DNA of 64,000 nt from an uncultured Lentisphaeraceae bacterium (GTDB lineage Bacteria; Verrucomicrobiota; Kiritimatiellia; RFP12; UBA1067): contig CAZWQY010000005.1 of NCBI GenBank assembly GCA_964636295.1, forward strand, positions 47,496 to 111,495, given 5' to 3'. The translations under genes were made by a program, and so were the position numbers. Of this stretch, positions 1 through 9,714 are shown piece after piece; the stretch's first letter is position 1, and each line of letters opens with the position of its first letter. The notes beneath the pieces were generated by a model. That model saw only the letters and a list, made by a program, of their open reading frames with translations. It searched no databases and had not been told where the DNA came from.

Positions 1-273
1 GCAGGGACACCGCCCGCCGCGCGCCGGGAGGCGGTAGCCCTCGTACGAGAAGAAGCCCGTGGCGACGCAGCCGCCGCACGCGCACCCGCCGTCGCACGAG
101 AACGAGAAGACGAGGCCTTCCCCCGAAACGCGGCAGCAGGCGTTCGTCCAGACGAACGTCCCGACGACGCCCGGCGGGGAGAGTGACATCGTGAAGGAGG
201 ACGAGGCGGCCGCGCAAGCCGCCGCCGCGAGGAGGCCCGTGGGCAGGAGGAGAAACGCCGCAAGGGGATTCAT
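1..273 (-). CDS. Cys-rich exported protein, N-terminal part (runs off the window start)
   Basis: ATG at 273 opens a frame with no stop to base 1: MNPLAAFLLLPTGLLAAAACAAASSSF..., a hydrophobic signal-like start with 9 Cys in 91 aa. TGGTATAAT lies 7 nt upstream. Not in the ORF track because it is partial. Confidence 0.6.
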   Translation of the reverse strand, partial: MNPLAAFLLLPTGLLAAAACAAASSSFTMSLSPPGVVGTFVWTNACCRVSGEGLVFSFSCDGGCACGGCVATGFFSYEGYRLPARGGRCPC

Positions 274-311
274 GCGGAAGATTATACCATCTTTTGCGGC
301 AACCGCCGCAT

Positions 312-448
312 GGGGACAGGCCCCATCGAATCTCGATCCGTGCCAATCCGTGAAATCCGTGGCCAAAAATGGGGGTCTGTCCCCGGAGTTGGGAGATGGG
401 TTGGCCACGAATCTCACGAATGAAGGTGCAATCGTGGGGACAGGCCCC
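312..448. repeat. Mosaic of short palindromic/tandem repeats (REP/BIME-like)
   Basis: GGGGACAGGCCCC at 312-324 and 436-448, with an inverted variant at 371-384. ATCCGTG at 336, 346 and 355. Inverted counterpart TTGGCCACGAATCTCACGAAT at 401-421. Confidence 0.7.
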
Positions 449-604
449 TGGGTAGAATCGTTACGAGAAGGAAATCACTCAACGGAGAGACCGCATATGC
501 CTACGACTCACGTCTGGCCTAGACACCTTAAAGAGGTTTTGCTGCCCCACCCCCTTTACAAGTCACCCTTGTGTGACGATGCCGCGTTATGCTATACTGC
601 GGCC

Positions 605-1738
605 ATGAAAAGGGCATTTCTCTTCTGCGCCGCGACGCTGATGGGCAGCGCGGCGTTGGCCGCCAGCGAAATCCGTTCGGGCGAACTCTGGCGCGACACG
701 ACCGGACACGTGATCAACGCCCACGGCGGCGGCATGATGTACGACAACGGCACCTACTGGTGGTACGGCGAACACAAGGTCTACGGGCGAGCCGGCAACC
801 GGGCGCATGTGGGCGTTCACGCCTACTCGTCCGCGAATCTGATCGACTGGGACGATCGCGGCATCGCGCTTGCCGTGACGGACGCGCCGGGCGGCATTGA
901 GGACGGCTGCATTCTGGAACGTCCGAAAGTCGTCCGGAACGCAAAGACTGGCAAGTACGTGATGTTCTTCCATCTGGAACTCAAGGGGAAGGGCTACAGT
1001 GCGGCGCGGACGGGCATCGCCGTGGCCGACAGGCCGGAAGGGCCGTTTACGTTTCTGCGTTCCCTGCGGCCAAATGCCGGCGACTGGCCGACGGACGTCC
1101 GTCCTGACGAACAAACGCCCGAAGCATTGGCGAAATCTCACCAGCTCGGCGACGAATCCGGCGGGCCGAATGATCGCGTTCGCGCGAACATTCCGTATCT
1201 AGGCCATCTCGCGGACGGGCAAATGGCGCGCGACATGACGCTGTTCGTCGATGACGACGGCACGGCCTATCACGTGTTCGCGTCCGAATACAACTCGACG
1301 CTCCATGTCGCCGAACTTTCCGACGACTACCTGAGCTATTCGGGCCGTTGGTTCCGCGTGGCGGAGAAGGAGTGGACGGAAGCCCCTGCCCTCTGCAAAT
1401 GGGGCGGCTACTATTGGCTGATCGGGTCGGGCTGCACGGGCTGGAAGCCCAACGCGGCGCGCCTCTACCGCGCCGCGAAACTGGAAGGGCCGTGGACGAA
1501 TCTTGGCAATCCCTGCAAGGGCGTTAATCCGCAGAACGGCGACGGGCCCGAACGCACGTGGGGCGCGCAGTCCACGTACATCCAGCCGATTGCCGGCAAG
1601 CCGGGGCGTTTCATGGCGATGTTCGACATTTGGCGTCCCGAAAACCAGATCGACAGCCGTTATGTCTGGCTGCCGATCACGTTCACGGGCGACACGCTGG
1701 AAATCGTTTGGCGCGATGCCTGGACGCCCGGCGAATAA
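605..1738 (+). CDS. Glycoside hydrolase family 43 (galactanase/xylosidase-like subgroup), signal peptide
   Basis: Motifs INAHGGG, YWWYGE, LERPKV, ARDMTLFVDDDG, EAPA, SGCTGW, AQST, SRYVWLP. Start placed at ATG 605 (MKRAFLFCAA... signal peptide), 6 nt after TGCTATACT. Confidence 0.85.
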   Translation: MKRAFLFCAATLMGSAALAASEIRSGELWRDTTGHVINAHGGGMMYDNGTYWWYGEHKVYGRAGNRAHVGVHAYSSANLIDWDDRGIALAVTDAPGGIEDGCILERPKVVRNAKTGKYVMFFHLELKGKGYSAARTGIAVADRPEGPFTFLRSLRPNAGDWPTDVRPDEQTPEALAKSHQLGDESGGPNDRVRANIPYLGHLADGQMARDMTLFVDDDGTAYHVFASEYNSTLHVAELSDDYLSYSGRWFRVAEKEWTEAPALCKWGGYYWLIGSGCTGWKPNAARLYRAAKLEGPWTNLGNPCKGVNPQNGDGPERTWGAQSTYIQPIAGKPGRFMAMFDIWRPENQIDSRYVWLPITFTGDTLEIVWRDAWTPGE

Positions 1739-1746
1739 ACACGCGC

Positions 1747-1768
1747 GCACGGGGCGAACGCCCCGTGC
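1747..1768. terminator. GC-rich hairpin between convergent GH43 and pssA
   Basis: Perfect inverted repeat GCACGGGGCG-AA-CGCCCCGTGC. No U-tract. Confidence 0.5.
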
Positions 1769-1782
1769 ACATCACCCACCCT

Positions 1783-2649
1783 TCAGGCCTGTTCGCCGGA
1801 GGCGCGCTCGTAGCGTTCGCGGGCGCGCAGGAAAAGCCAGCCCGTCAGCGGAACCGTAAAGATGTAGAGGATACCGAGCGACCCGATCGCCAGCCAGAAG
1901 TTGGAGACGAGAAACGCCACGAGCATCAGAAGCCCCGCAAGGACAAACGGCAAATGCCGCCGGGAGACATGCAGATGCTTAAGCGAAATCGTCGGCAGCC
2001 GCGACGCCATGAGCGACCCGACGAAGAGAAGCATGAACACGCCCGTCCACGGATTCTGCAGCACCGTCGCGAACGCCGGGGACAGGCCCTTCGCGTCAAG
2101 CGCAAGCGAGAGAATCGCCGGCGAGAGAACCATCCAGCAACCGCCCGGCGCCGGCACGCCCGTAAAGAAGTGCGTCCAGTACGGCGCTGTCTTCTGCTCC
2201 AGCATCGTGTTGAAGCGCGCGAGCCGGAAGCAGTCGCACATCGCATAGTAGAGCGCGCAGCCAAGCACAATGCGGATGAATGGCCGCGCGACGATCGTGC
2301 CATCGGCCAGCGTATGGTTGGGCCCGCCCGTCATCCAAAAGTACATGAACATCGCCGGCGCGACGCCGAAGTTCACGAAGTCGGCGAGCGAATCAAGTTC
2401 GGCGCCTAGCTTGGAGCTCGCGTTCAGGAGCCGCGCAATCCGCCCGTCCATCCCATCGCAGACACACGCGACGAGGAGCGCCCACAGGGCCGGCAGAAAC
2501 CGGCCCTCGGACGACAGCGAGATGGACGTGATGCCCGCGCACGCCGCCAGCGACGTCACGAGATTCGGGACGATCGCGCGGAGCGGCACACGGTCGTGCC
2601 GCGCCTCGCGCGACCGACGTCGACGACCCCTGAAACGGAAACGGCTCAT
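1783..2649 (-). CDS. pssA: CDP-diacylglycerol--serine O-phosphatidyltransferase
   Basis: PNLVT start and CDP-alcohol phosphatidyltransferase motif DGMDGRIARLLN...GAELDSLAD, plus RLARFN and FTGVPAP. Start at ATG 2649. Confidence 0.85.
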   Translation of the reverse strand: MSRFRFRGRRRRSREARHDRVPLRAIVPNLVTSLAACAGITSISLSSEGRFLPALWALLVACVCDGMDGRIARLLNASSKLGAELDSLADFVNFGVAPAMFMYFWMTGGPNHTLADGTIVARPFIRIVLGCALYYAMCDCFRLARFNTMLEQKTAPYWTHFFTGVPAPGGCWMVLSPAILSLALDAKGLSPAFATVLQNPWTGVFMLLFVGSLMASRLPTISLKHLHVSRRHLPFVLAGLLMLVAFLVSNFWLAIGSLGILYIFTVPLTGWLFLRARERYERASGEQA

Positions 2650-2653
2650 GCGC

Positions 2654-3238
<585 letters not shown>

Positions 3239-3324
3239 AACCCACCTCTTTTGGTTGTTGATGATTTGTGTATTCTACCACATTCCGCAGACGGAAAGCA
3301 AGCCGCCGGGCGACCGGGCGCACC

Positions 3325-5136
3325 TCAATGCTCCTTGATCGTCCCCTTCAAGACGGCGATGAAGGCCGACTGCGGCACGTTCACGTGGCCGAACTCCTTC
3401 ATGCGCGCCTTGCCGCGCTTCTGCTTTTCGAGCACCTTCATCTTGCGCGTGACGTCGCCGCCGTAGAGCTTCGCGAGCACGTCCTTTCGGAACGGGCGAA
3501 TGTCCTCGCGCGCAATGATCTCCTTGCCGATCGCCGCCTGCACGGGAATCTTGAACTGGTGCGGCGGAATCGTCTCGGCGAGCGCCTTGCACATCTGAAG
3601 CCCGCGCGTGCGCGCCTTGTCGCGGTGAACCATCGTCGCGAACGCATCGACCGTTTCGCCGTTGAGGAGAATGTCCATGCGCACGATGTCCGAGACCTGG
3701 TAGCCGTTCGGCTCGTAGTCCATCGAGGCGTAGCCGTGCGAGACGGACTTCAGCGTGTCGTGGAAGTCGATCAGGATTTCGTTGAGCGGCAGCCGGCAGT
3801 GGAGCATCACGCGCTTCGCGTCGATCGTTTCCGTCCCCTCGACGAGTCCGCGCCGATCCATCACGATGCGCATGACGTCGCCGATCGACTCCGACGGCGT
3901 GATGATGCGCGCCGTCAGGACTGGCTCGGAAATCGTCTCCAGGGCCGACGGATCGGGCATCTGGAGCGGATTGTCGAGATCCTTCTCCTCGCCGTTCTTG
4001 TACTTCAGCTTGTAGACGACGCCCGGCGACGTCGAGATGATGTCGAGGCCGAACTCGCGCCGCAGGCGCTCCTGCACGATCTCCATGTGCAGGAGTCCGA
4101 GAAAGCCGCAGCGGAAGCCGAAGCCAAGCGCTAGCGACGACTCATGATGGAACGTGAAGGCCGCGTCGTTGAGGTGAAGCTTCTCCAGCCCCGCCGCGAC
4201 CTTCGGAAACTCGTCCGTCGACATCGGGTAGATGCCGCAGAACACGGTCGGGCGAATGTCCTGGAAGCCCGGCAGCGGCTCGGTCGCGCCGAGCTTCGCC
4301 GTCGTCACCGTGTCGCCGATCTTGATCTCGCTCGGATCCTTCACCGTGCCGACGATGTAGCCGACCTCGCCCGCCGAGAGGCGGTCGACGGGCTTCTTCG
4401 TCGGCGAGAAGATGCCGACCTCGTGCACGGTCGTCGAGACGCCCGAGCCAAGGAACTTCACGTTCTGCCCGGCGGCGAGCGCGCCGTCCATCACGCGCAC
4501 GTAGGTAATCACGCCCCGGAACTCGTCGAAGACCGAATCGAAGACGAGCGCGCGAAGCGGCGCCTCGACGCCGCGCGTCTCCGGCGGCGGAATGCGCGTC
4601 ACGATCGCCTCCAGCACGGCGGGGCAGCCGACGCCCGTCTTCGCCGAGACGAGCAGCGGCTCGTCCATCGGAATGGCGAGGATGTCCTCGATCTCGCGCG
4701 AGACCTCCTTCACGTCCGCGCCCGGCAGATCGACCTTGTTGAGGACGGGCACGATCTCAAGTTTCGCGTCCTGCGCAAAGTACGTGTTCGCGACCGTCTG
4801 CGCCTCCACGCCCTGCGCGGCATCGACGACGAGCAGCGCGCCCTCGCACGCGCCCATCGAGCGGCTGACCTCGTAGGCGAAGTCCACATGGCCAGGCGTG
4901 TCGAGGAGATTGAAGAGATACGTCTTTCCGTCCTTCGCCGTGTAGTGCATCGAGACGGGGTGCGACTTGATCGTGATGCCGCGCTCGCGCTCAAGATCCA
5001 TCGCGTCGAGCGTCTGCTCCTTGAGCTCGCGCGACGAGATCGCGTGCGTCAGTTCGAGGATGCGGTCGGAAAGCGTCGTCTTGCCGTGATCGACGTGGGC
5101 GATGATGCAGAAGTTGCGGATGTGTTCCAGTCTCAT
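3325..5136 (-). CDS. lepA: Elongation factor 4 (LepA)
   Basis: IRNFCIIAHVDHGKTTL, ERERGITIK, DTPGHVDF, GFRCGFLGLLH, LYGGDVTRKMK. Start at ATG 5136. Confidence 0.98.
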   Translation of the reverse strand: MRLEHIRNFCIIAHVDHGKTTLSDRILELTHAISSRELKEQTLDAMDLERERGITIKSHPVSMHYTAKDGKTYLFNLLDTPGHVDFAYEVSRSMGACEGALLVVDAAQGVEAQTVANTYFAQDAKLEIVPVLNKVDLPGADVKEVSREIEDILAIPMDEPLLVSAKTGVGCPAVLEAIVTRIPPPETRGVEAPLRALVFDSVFDEFRGVITYVRVMDGALAAGQNVKFLGSGVSTTVHEVGIFSPTKKPVDRLSAGEVGYIVGTVKDPSEIKIGDTVTTAKLGATEPLPGFQDIRPTVFCGIYPMSTDEFPKVAAGLEKLHLNDAAFTFHHESSLALGFGFRCGFLGLLHMEIVQERLRREFGLDIISTSPGVVYKLKYKNGEEKDLDNPLQMPDPSALETISEPVLTARIITPSESIGDVMRIVMDRRGLVEGTETIDAKRVMLHCRLPLNEILIDFHDTLKSVSHGYASMDYEPNGYQVSDIVRMDILLNGETVDAFATMVHRDKARTRGLQMCKALAETIPPHQFKIPVQAAIGKEIIAREDIRPFRKDVLAKLYGGDVTRKMKVLEKQKRGKARMKEFGHVNVPQSAFIAVLKGTIKEH

Positions 5137-5155
5137 GCTGCGCGGTTCCGTTCCC

Positions 5156-6367
5156 TTACCGGACAAAGGACTGCACGGCGCGCCGGAAGCCCTCGGCGCT
5201 GCGGGCGATGATCGCCTCGTCGACGCTGCAGCAGATGCGGACGTAGCCCGCGAAGCCGAAGCCGCTTCCCGGCACGACGAGGATGCGCTCCTTCACGAGC
5301 GCATCGACGAACGCGACGTCGTCGGCGACGGGGCTTTTCGCGAAGAAGTAGAACGCCCCCTTCGGCAGCGCGAACTCGACGCCCGCCTCCGTCAGCACCT
5401 TCGCCATCAGCTTGCGCCGACGGTCGTAGACGTCCAGGTCAACCGTCTCGTCCACAAGCGCGGCCGCCAGCCGCTGCCCGATGACGGGCGCGTTCACGTA
5501 GCCGAGCGTGCGGTTCGTGAGCGTGACGGCCTGCACGAGCGACGCCTGGCCAGGCATGTCGGGATTCGCGACGAAATAGCCGATGCGCTCGCCCGCGAGC
5601 GAGAGCGTCTTCGAGAACGAGCCGAGGACGCACGCCCACTTCGTGAGCGGCAGGATCGCCGGCACCGTCGCGCCGTCGAAGGCGAACGCGCGATACGGCT
5701 CGTCGGAGAGGAGGAAGAGCGGACGCGCCCCGTCCGTCGCCGCGCGCCGCGCGTTCTCGGAATCGACGAGCGCGGCGATCTGCGCCAGGACGTCGCGCGG
5801 ATAGATGCAGCCGGTCGGATTGTTCGGCGAGTTGACGATGATCGCGCGCGTCTTCGGCGTGATCGCCGCCGCAATCCCCGCCACGTCGGGCAGGAAGGCC
5901 GGCGGAAGGGACGGCACCGTCTTGAGGACGCCGCCGAAGTGTCCGCAATAGGAACCGTACTCGACGAAGTAGGGCGCGGGCGTGATGATCTCGTCGCCCG
6001 GCTCGACGACCGCGCGGAAGAAGCTCACCATCGCACCCGCCGCGCCGACGGTCATCACGACGTCCTTCGCCGCGACGGGCGTCTCCTGCTGACGCGAGAG
6101 GAAGCCGGCCATCGCCTCGCGGACGGACGGGATGCCGGCGTTCGGGCAGTAGCCGAGGCCGAGCGGCTTGACGGCCGCGTCCGCCAGCCGAATCAGCTCG
6201 TCGCGCGTCCGTGGCGGCGGCGGCACGTCGGGGTTGCCAAGCGAGAAGTCGCAGACGGCGTCCTCGCCGAACTGGCGCTTGAGCTCAAGGCCCCGCTCGA
6301 ACATCTTGCGAATGAAACTGGACCCCGCCATCGCGCGGGCAATCTCGCCTGTGACCGTCTGCATCAT
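5156..6367 (-). CDS. PLP-dependent aminotransferase class I/II (aspartate aminotransferase-like)
   Basis: SSFIRKMFE, FSLGNPD, NSPNNPTG, SDEPY, SFSKTLSLAGERIG (PLP lysine). Confidence 0.9.
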   Translation of the reverse strand: MMQTVTGEIARAMAGSSFIRKMFERGLELKRQFGEDAVCDFSLGNPDVPPPPRTRDELIRLADAAVKPLGLGYCPNAGIPSVREAMAGFLSRQQETPVAAKDVVMTVGAAGAMVSFFRAVVEPGDEIITPAPYFVEYGSYCGHFGGVLKTVPSLPPAFLPDVAGIAAAITPKTRAIIVNSPNNPTGCIYPRDVLAQIAALVDSENARRAATDGARPLFLLSDEPYRAFAFDGATVPAILPLTKWACVLGSFSKTLSLAGERIGYFVANPDMPGQASLVQAVTLTNRTLGYVNAPVIGQRLAAALVDETVDLDVYDRRRKLMAKVLTEAGVEFALPKGAFYFFAKSPVADDVAFVDALVKERILVVPGSGFGFAGYVRICCSVDEAIIARSAEGFRRAVQSFVR

Positions 6368-6382
6368 TTCTCCGCCTTTAAC

Positions 6383-8965
6383 TTACTCCGCCGTCTCGCC
6401 GAACTCGATCTCCGGGAAGATCTCCTTGGCCGTCTTCGTGTATTCCGGGAACTCCTCGACCGTCTTCTTGGCCAGTTCCTCGCCCTTCTCGACCGCGCCG
6501 TTCACATCCGCGCAGACGATCTGCAGCGTCAGCGCCGCGCCCGTCATCGCGTCCGCCCAGTCCTTCAGGTTGAGCTTCGGACGGGCATTGTCGCGGCCAC
6601 GGAGAACGAAGTGGTTGATCAGTTCGTTCAGGTTGCCGGGATAGTCCTTGTAGAACTTGTGCCACGGAATCCGCGCCTTCGACTTGCCCCGGTCGAGGTT
6701 CATCTCGCGCTCGTTCACGGACGCGACCTTCGCGCCCTTGAGCTTGCCCCGGAAGACGTAGCCCGAAAGATTCCGGATGAAGAGCGCCTGCATCTCCTTC
6801 ATGTCGTTGACCTTGCGGATCTGGATGTCCGCCGCGTGCTGCCCCTCCGGCGTCTTCAGGTCGGCCTTGAGGGCGTTGAGCTGACGGAGCGCGTTTTTCC
6901 AGTCGAGCTGCCGCAGCGAGCCTTGCGCGACAATCGTCTCGAACTTGTCCGCAACCGCCTTGACCTCCTCGTCGATCTTCGCCTGGCGTTCGGCGGCGAT
7001 CTTCTCCTGCCGCGCCTTCTCGGCGGCGGCGGCGGCCTCGGCCTTCGCCTTGCGGTCGGCTTCAAGCTTCTCGATGCGCAGCCGCTTCTCGGTCTGCTCG
7101 ACAAGCTTCTCGCCGCGCGTCTTGATGTAGCTGATGCCCTTGCGAACGTTCTCGACGTCCTTCGACGTCTTGATCTGGTCGAGCATCTCCGCAAGCGCGA
7201 CGGACAGCTTGCCGAGCGCGCGGGCGTTCTCCTCCGTCTGCGCGGCGAGCGCGTCGCCTTCCGCGCTCTTCGTGACGAGCCGGCGCACGGACTGGCGAAT
7301 GCGAATCGCACTCGCCTGACAGCTGTAGGCGCGCGCCCAAAGCTCGTGCATCGAATCGACGGCCGCCGGCCGTTCCTCGGCGGGCTTCGCCTCGGCGGCG
7401 GCCGGCTTCGCGTCCTTTCCGCCCTTCTTCGCGTCCGCTGGCTTCGCCTTTTCGTCCGTCTTCTTCGCGTCCTTCTTCGCCGCCGTCGCCACGGCATTCG
7501 TCGCGGCCGGAACCGCGTTCGTCGTCGCCGGGGCGGCCGGCGCCGGCGCGGCGGCCGTCGGCGTCTCGTTCGTCGAGGCAATCGCGTCCAGCAGTTCCTT
7601 CGTCGGGCCGGGCTTCAGCAGCTTCGCGTGCTCGGGCTTCAGCAGCTTCGCCAGTTCCTTCGTCGGCTCTTCGCAGGCCGCGACCGCCTTCTGCGCAAAC
7701 TCGTCGAACTCGTCCGCGAACTTGACGGCGTGGGACACGGTGTCCGCCACGGCCGTACGGGCCTTTTCATGGCCCTGCAAGACCTGGCGCTGTTCCTCGG
7801 CCGCCTTCGCCCTCTTGTCGGACACGACGAACCACCAGAGTCCGCCGCCGATGCCGGCGACCAGCAAGATGCCGACGATGACAAAGAGAATCACCTTGAC
7901 GAGCAGGTTGCCGCCCTGTTCATCCTCGTCCGCCGCCGCGCCGTCGGGCTTCGCCGCCTCGTCGCGCGCGCCCTCGTCGCCCGCCTCGCCGCTGTCGAGA
8001 TCCCGCTTGACCGTTCCCGGACGCTTCATCATCGTCGTGCGCCGTCCGCGCACCATCACCGTGCGCCGCCCCGTCCCGGCCGCCGGACGCTTCACGGGCG
8101 ACGCGGCGGACGTCGTCGTGGTCGCGCCCTTCAGGCCCGTCGTTAGGACTTCCTTGAACGCCTCCAGCAACGCCTCGAAGCTCGGATAGCGGTCTTCCTT
8201 GTCGAGCGCGAGCATCCGCATGACGAGATCGTCAATCGCGGGCGTAAGGTCGGCGCGGATTTCGCTCGGCTTCTTCGGCGCGCCCTCGAAGCGCTTCTTG
8301 ACGACGGCGATGGAATCCTCGCCCTCGAACGGCGCGACGCCCGTGAGCGCGTGGTACAGCGTGCCGCCGAGCGAGTACATGTCGGCCCGGAAGTCGATCG
8401 GCTCCTTCTTGACCTTCTCCGGCGAAATGTAGTAGGGCGTGCCCCAAATCTCGTCCGTGTCCTTCTGCATCGCCGCGAGGCCGAAATCGACGAGCTTCGC
8501 GTTGCCGTTCGCGTCCAGGAGAATGTTCTCGGGCTTCACGTCGCCATGGACGCACCCCTGGTCGTTCGCGCACTGGAGCGCCTGGGCGACCTGCTGGCAG
8601 ATCTTGATGACGCGCGCGACGTCCGTCTTGCCGGGGTTCGCCTGCATGATCGAGTAGAGCGAACCGCCGCACGCGAGTTCCATCGCGATGTAGGGCATGC
8701 CGTCGCAGATGCCGTAGGAGTAGACCTGCGCGATGTTCGGATGAATGAGGCGCGCGACGGACTGCGCCTCCTTCTTGAACTTCTCGACGAACTCGGCGTC
8801 GCTGCCGTACTCCTTCAGCATGACCTTGACGGCGACGGGGCGGTCGAGCATCTTGTCGCGCCCCATGTAGACGCCGCCCATGCCGCCCGTGCCGAGCTCG
8901 CGCTCAAGAAGGAAGTTGCCGTGTTCGCCGAAGGTTCCCGGCGTCTGGATCAGCTGTTCGCTCAT
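6383..8965 (-). CDS. Membrane-anchored Hanks-type Ser/Thr protein kinase with a long C-terminal helical region
   Basis: LGTGGMGGVY, VAVK, HGDVKPEN, DFG, GTPYYISPE, then one TM helix (NLLVKVILFVIVGILLVAG...). ATG 8965 overlaps the lepB stop (ATGA). Confidence 0.9.
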   Translation of the reverse strand: MSEQLIQTPGTFGEHGNFLLERELGTGGMGGVYMGRDKMLDRPVAVKVMLKEYGSDAEFVEKFKKEAQSVARLIHPNIAQVYSYGICDGMPYIAMELACGGSLYSIMQANPGKTDVARVIKICQQVAQALQCANDQGCVHGDVKPENILLDANGNAKLVDFGLAAMQKDTDEIWGTPYYISPEKVKKEPIDFRADMYSLGGTLYHALTGVAPFEGEDSIAVVKKRFEGAPKKPSEIRADLTPAIDDLVMRMLALDKEDRYPSFEALLEAFKEVLTTGLKGATTTTSAASPVKRPAAGTGRRTVMVRGRRTTMMKRPGTVKRDLDSGEAGDEGARDEAAKPDGAAADEDEQGGNLLVKVILFVIVGILLVAGIGGGLWWFVVSDKRAKAAEEQRQVLQGHEKARTAVADTVSHAVKFADEFDEFAQKAVAACEEPTKELAKLLKPEHAKLLKPGPTKELLDAIASTNETPTAAAPAPAAPATTNAVPAATNAVATAAKKDAKKTDEKAKPADAKKGGKDAKPAAAEAKPAEERPAAVDSMHELWARAYSCQASAIRIRQSVRRLVTKSAEGDALAAQTEENARALGKLSVALAEMLDQIKTSKDVENVRKGISYIKTRGEKLVEQTEKRLRIEKLEADRKAKAEAAAAAEKARQEKIAAERQAKIDEEVKAVADKFETIVAQGSLRQLDWKNALRQLNALKADLKTPEGQHAADIQIRKVNDMKEMQALFIRNLSGYVFRGKLKGAKVASVNEREMNLDRGKSKARIPWHKFYKDYPGNLNELINHFVLRGRDNARPKLNLKDWADAMTGAALTLQIVCADVNGAVEKGEELAKKTVEEFPEYTKTAKEIFPEIEFGETAE

Positions 8966-9714
8966 TTGATGATTCTCCATCCGGTAAAGGGCCAGAAAAC
9001 GAAAGACGCGCATCCGCGCAGGTTGCCGCGAGGGACTGTTCCCCAGTAGCGGCTGTCAAAGGAGTTGTTGAAGTTGTCGCCGCAGGCGAAGTACTCGTCC
9101 GCCCCCATCGTGACGACGTCCGGGCGGCCGGGCACGGGATGCTCCAGCGCGTAGGTCTCGCCCGGCCGCGCCTTCATCCGCTTGATGTAGTGCGTTCCCT
9201 GCGGCAGGTCGCGGATGCCCGTCGTCGAGAAGATCATGACCTCGTTGTCCTTCGGCTGGACGAAGTTCCACTTCCAGCGGTTGACGAAGATGAAGTCGCC
9301 CGTCGTAATCGCGCCCTTCCACAGCGTCTCGCCCGCGCGCACGTACTTGCCGTGCAGCGCGCGACAGGCATCCGTCGGCAGCGACCACGACTCGTCGGAC
9401 GTGCCGATCTTCACGGTCGCGAAGCCGTCCTGCCGGGGGATGCACCGCACCTGCCCGGAGACCGGTGCCGTCCACTCGACCGTGCGCGAACCCGTGGCGG
9501 CCCACTTGAGGACGGAGAGCGGAAAGGCGTCCCACACGCCCTTCTCGGCCGTCATGTCCGTATGGTAGCCCCAAAGCGTCTCCTGCATCGAGCCGGTCGG
9601 AATCTTGAACGGCGTGTAGAAGTAGGCGCGAAAGGCCATCGCGACCGAAATCGCGACGACCAGCGTGTCCAGCCACTCGCGGCCGTAGTCCTGCCAGGTC
9701 TTGCGCGCCGTCAC
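8962..9714 (-). CDS. lepB: Signal peptidase I
   Basis: N-terminal TM segment, FKIPTGSM (catalytic Ser), GDFIFVN, HYIKR (catalytic Lys), GDNFNNSFDSRYWG. Confidence 0.87.
   Translation of the reverse strand: MTARKTWQDYGREWLDTLVVAISVAMAFRAYFYTPFKIPTGSMQETLWGYHTDMTAEKGVWDAFPLSVLKWAATGSRTVEWTAPVSGQVRCIPRQDGFATVKIGTSDESWSLPTDACRALHGKYVRAGETLWKGAITTGDFIFVNRWKWNFVQPKDNEVMIFSTTGIRDLPQGTHYIKRMKARPGETYALEHPVPGRPDVVTMGADEYFACGDNFNNSFDSRYWGTVPRGNLRGCASFVFWPFTGWRIIK

Noticed and set aside
59-604. 182-aa N-terminal extension of the GH43 ORF, including a possible start at ATG 498 with SD GGAGAG
   Set aside because: It crosses an opposite-strand gene and a repeat mosaic. The signal peptide and a -10 element point to ATG 605. 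ATG 498 might be a gene remnant, but I cannot support that.
9026-9048. GGGACTGTTCCCC resembling the A repeat of 312-448
   Set aside because: It lies in conserved lepB coding sequence (YWGTVP) and is probably coincidental.
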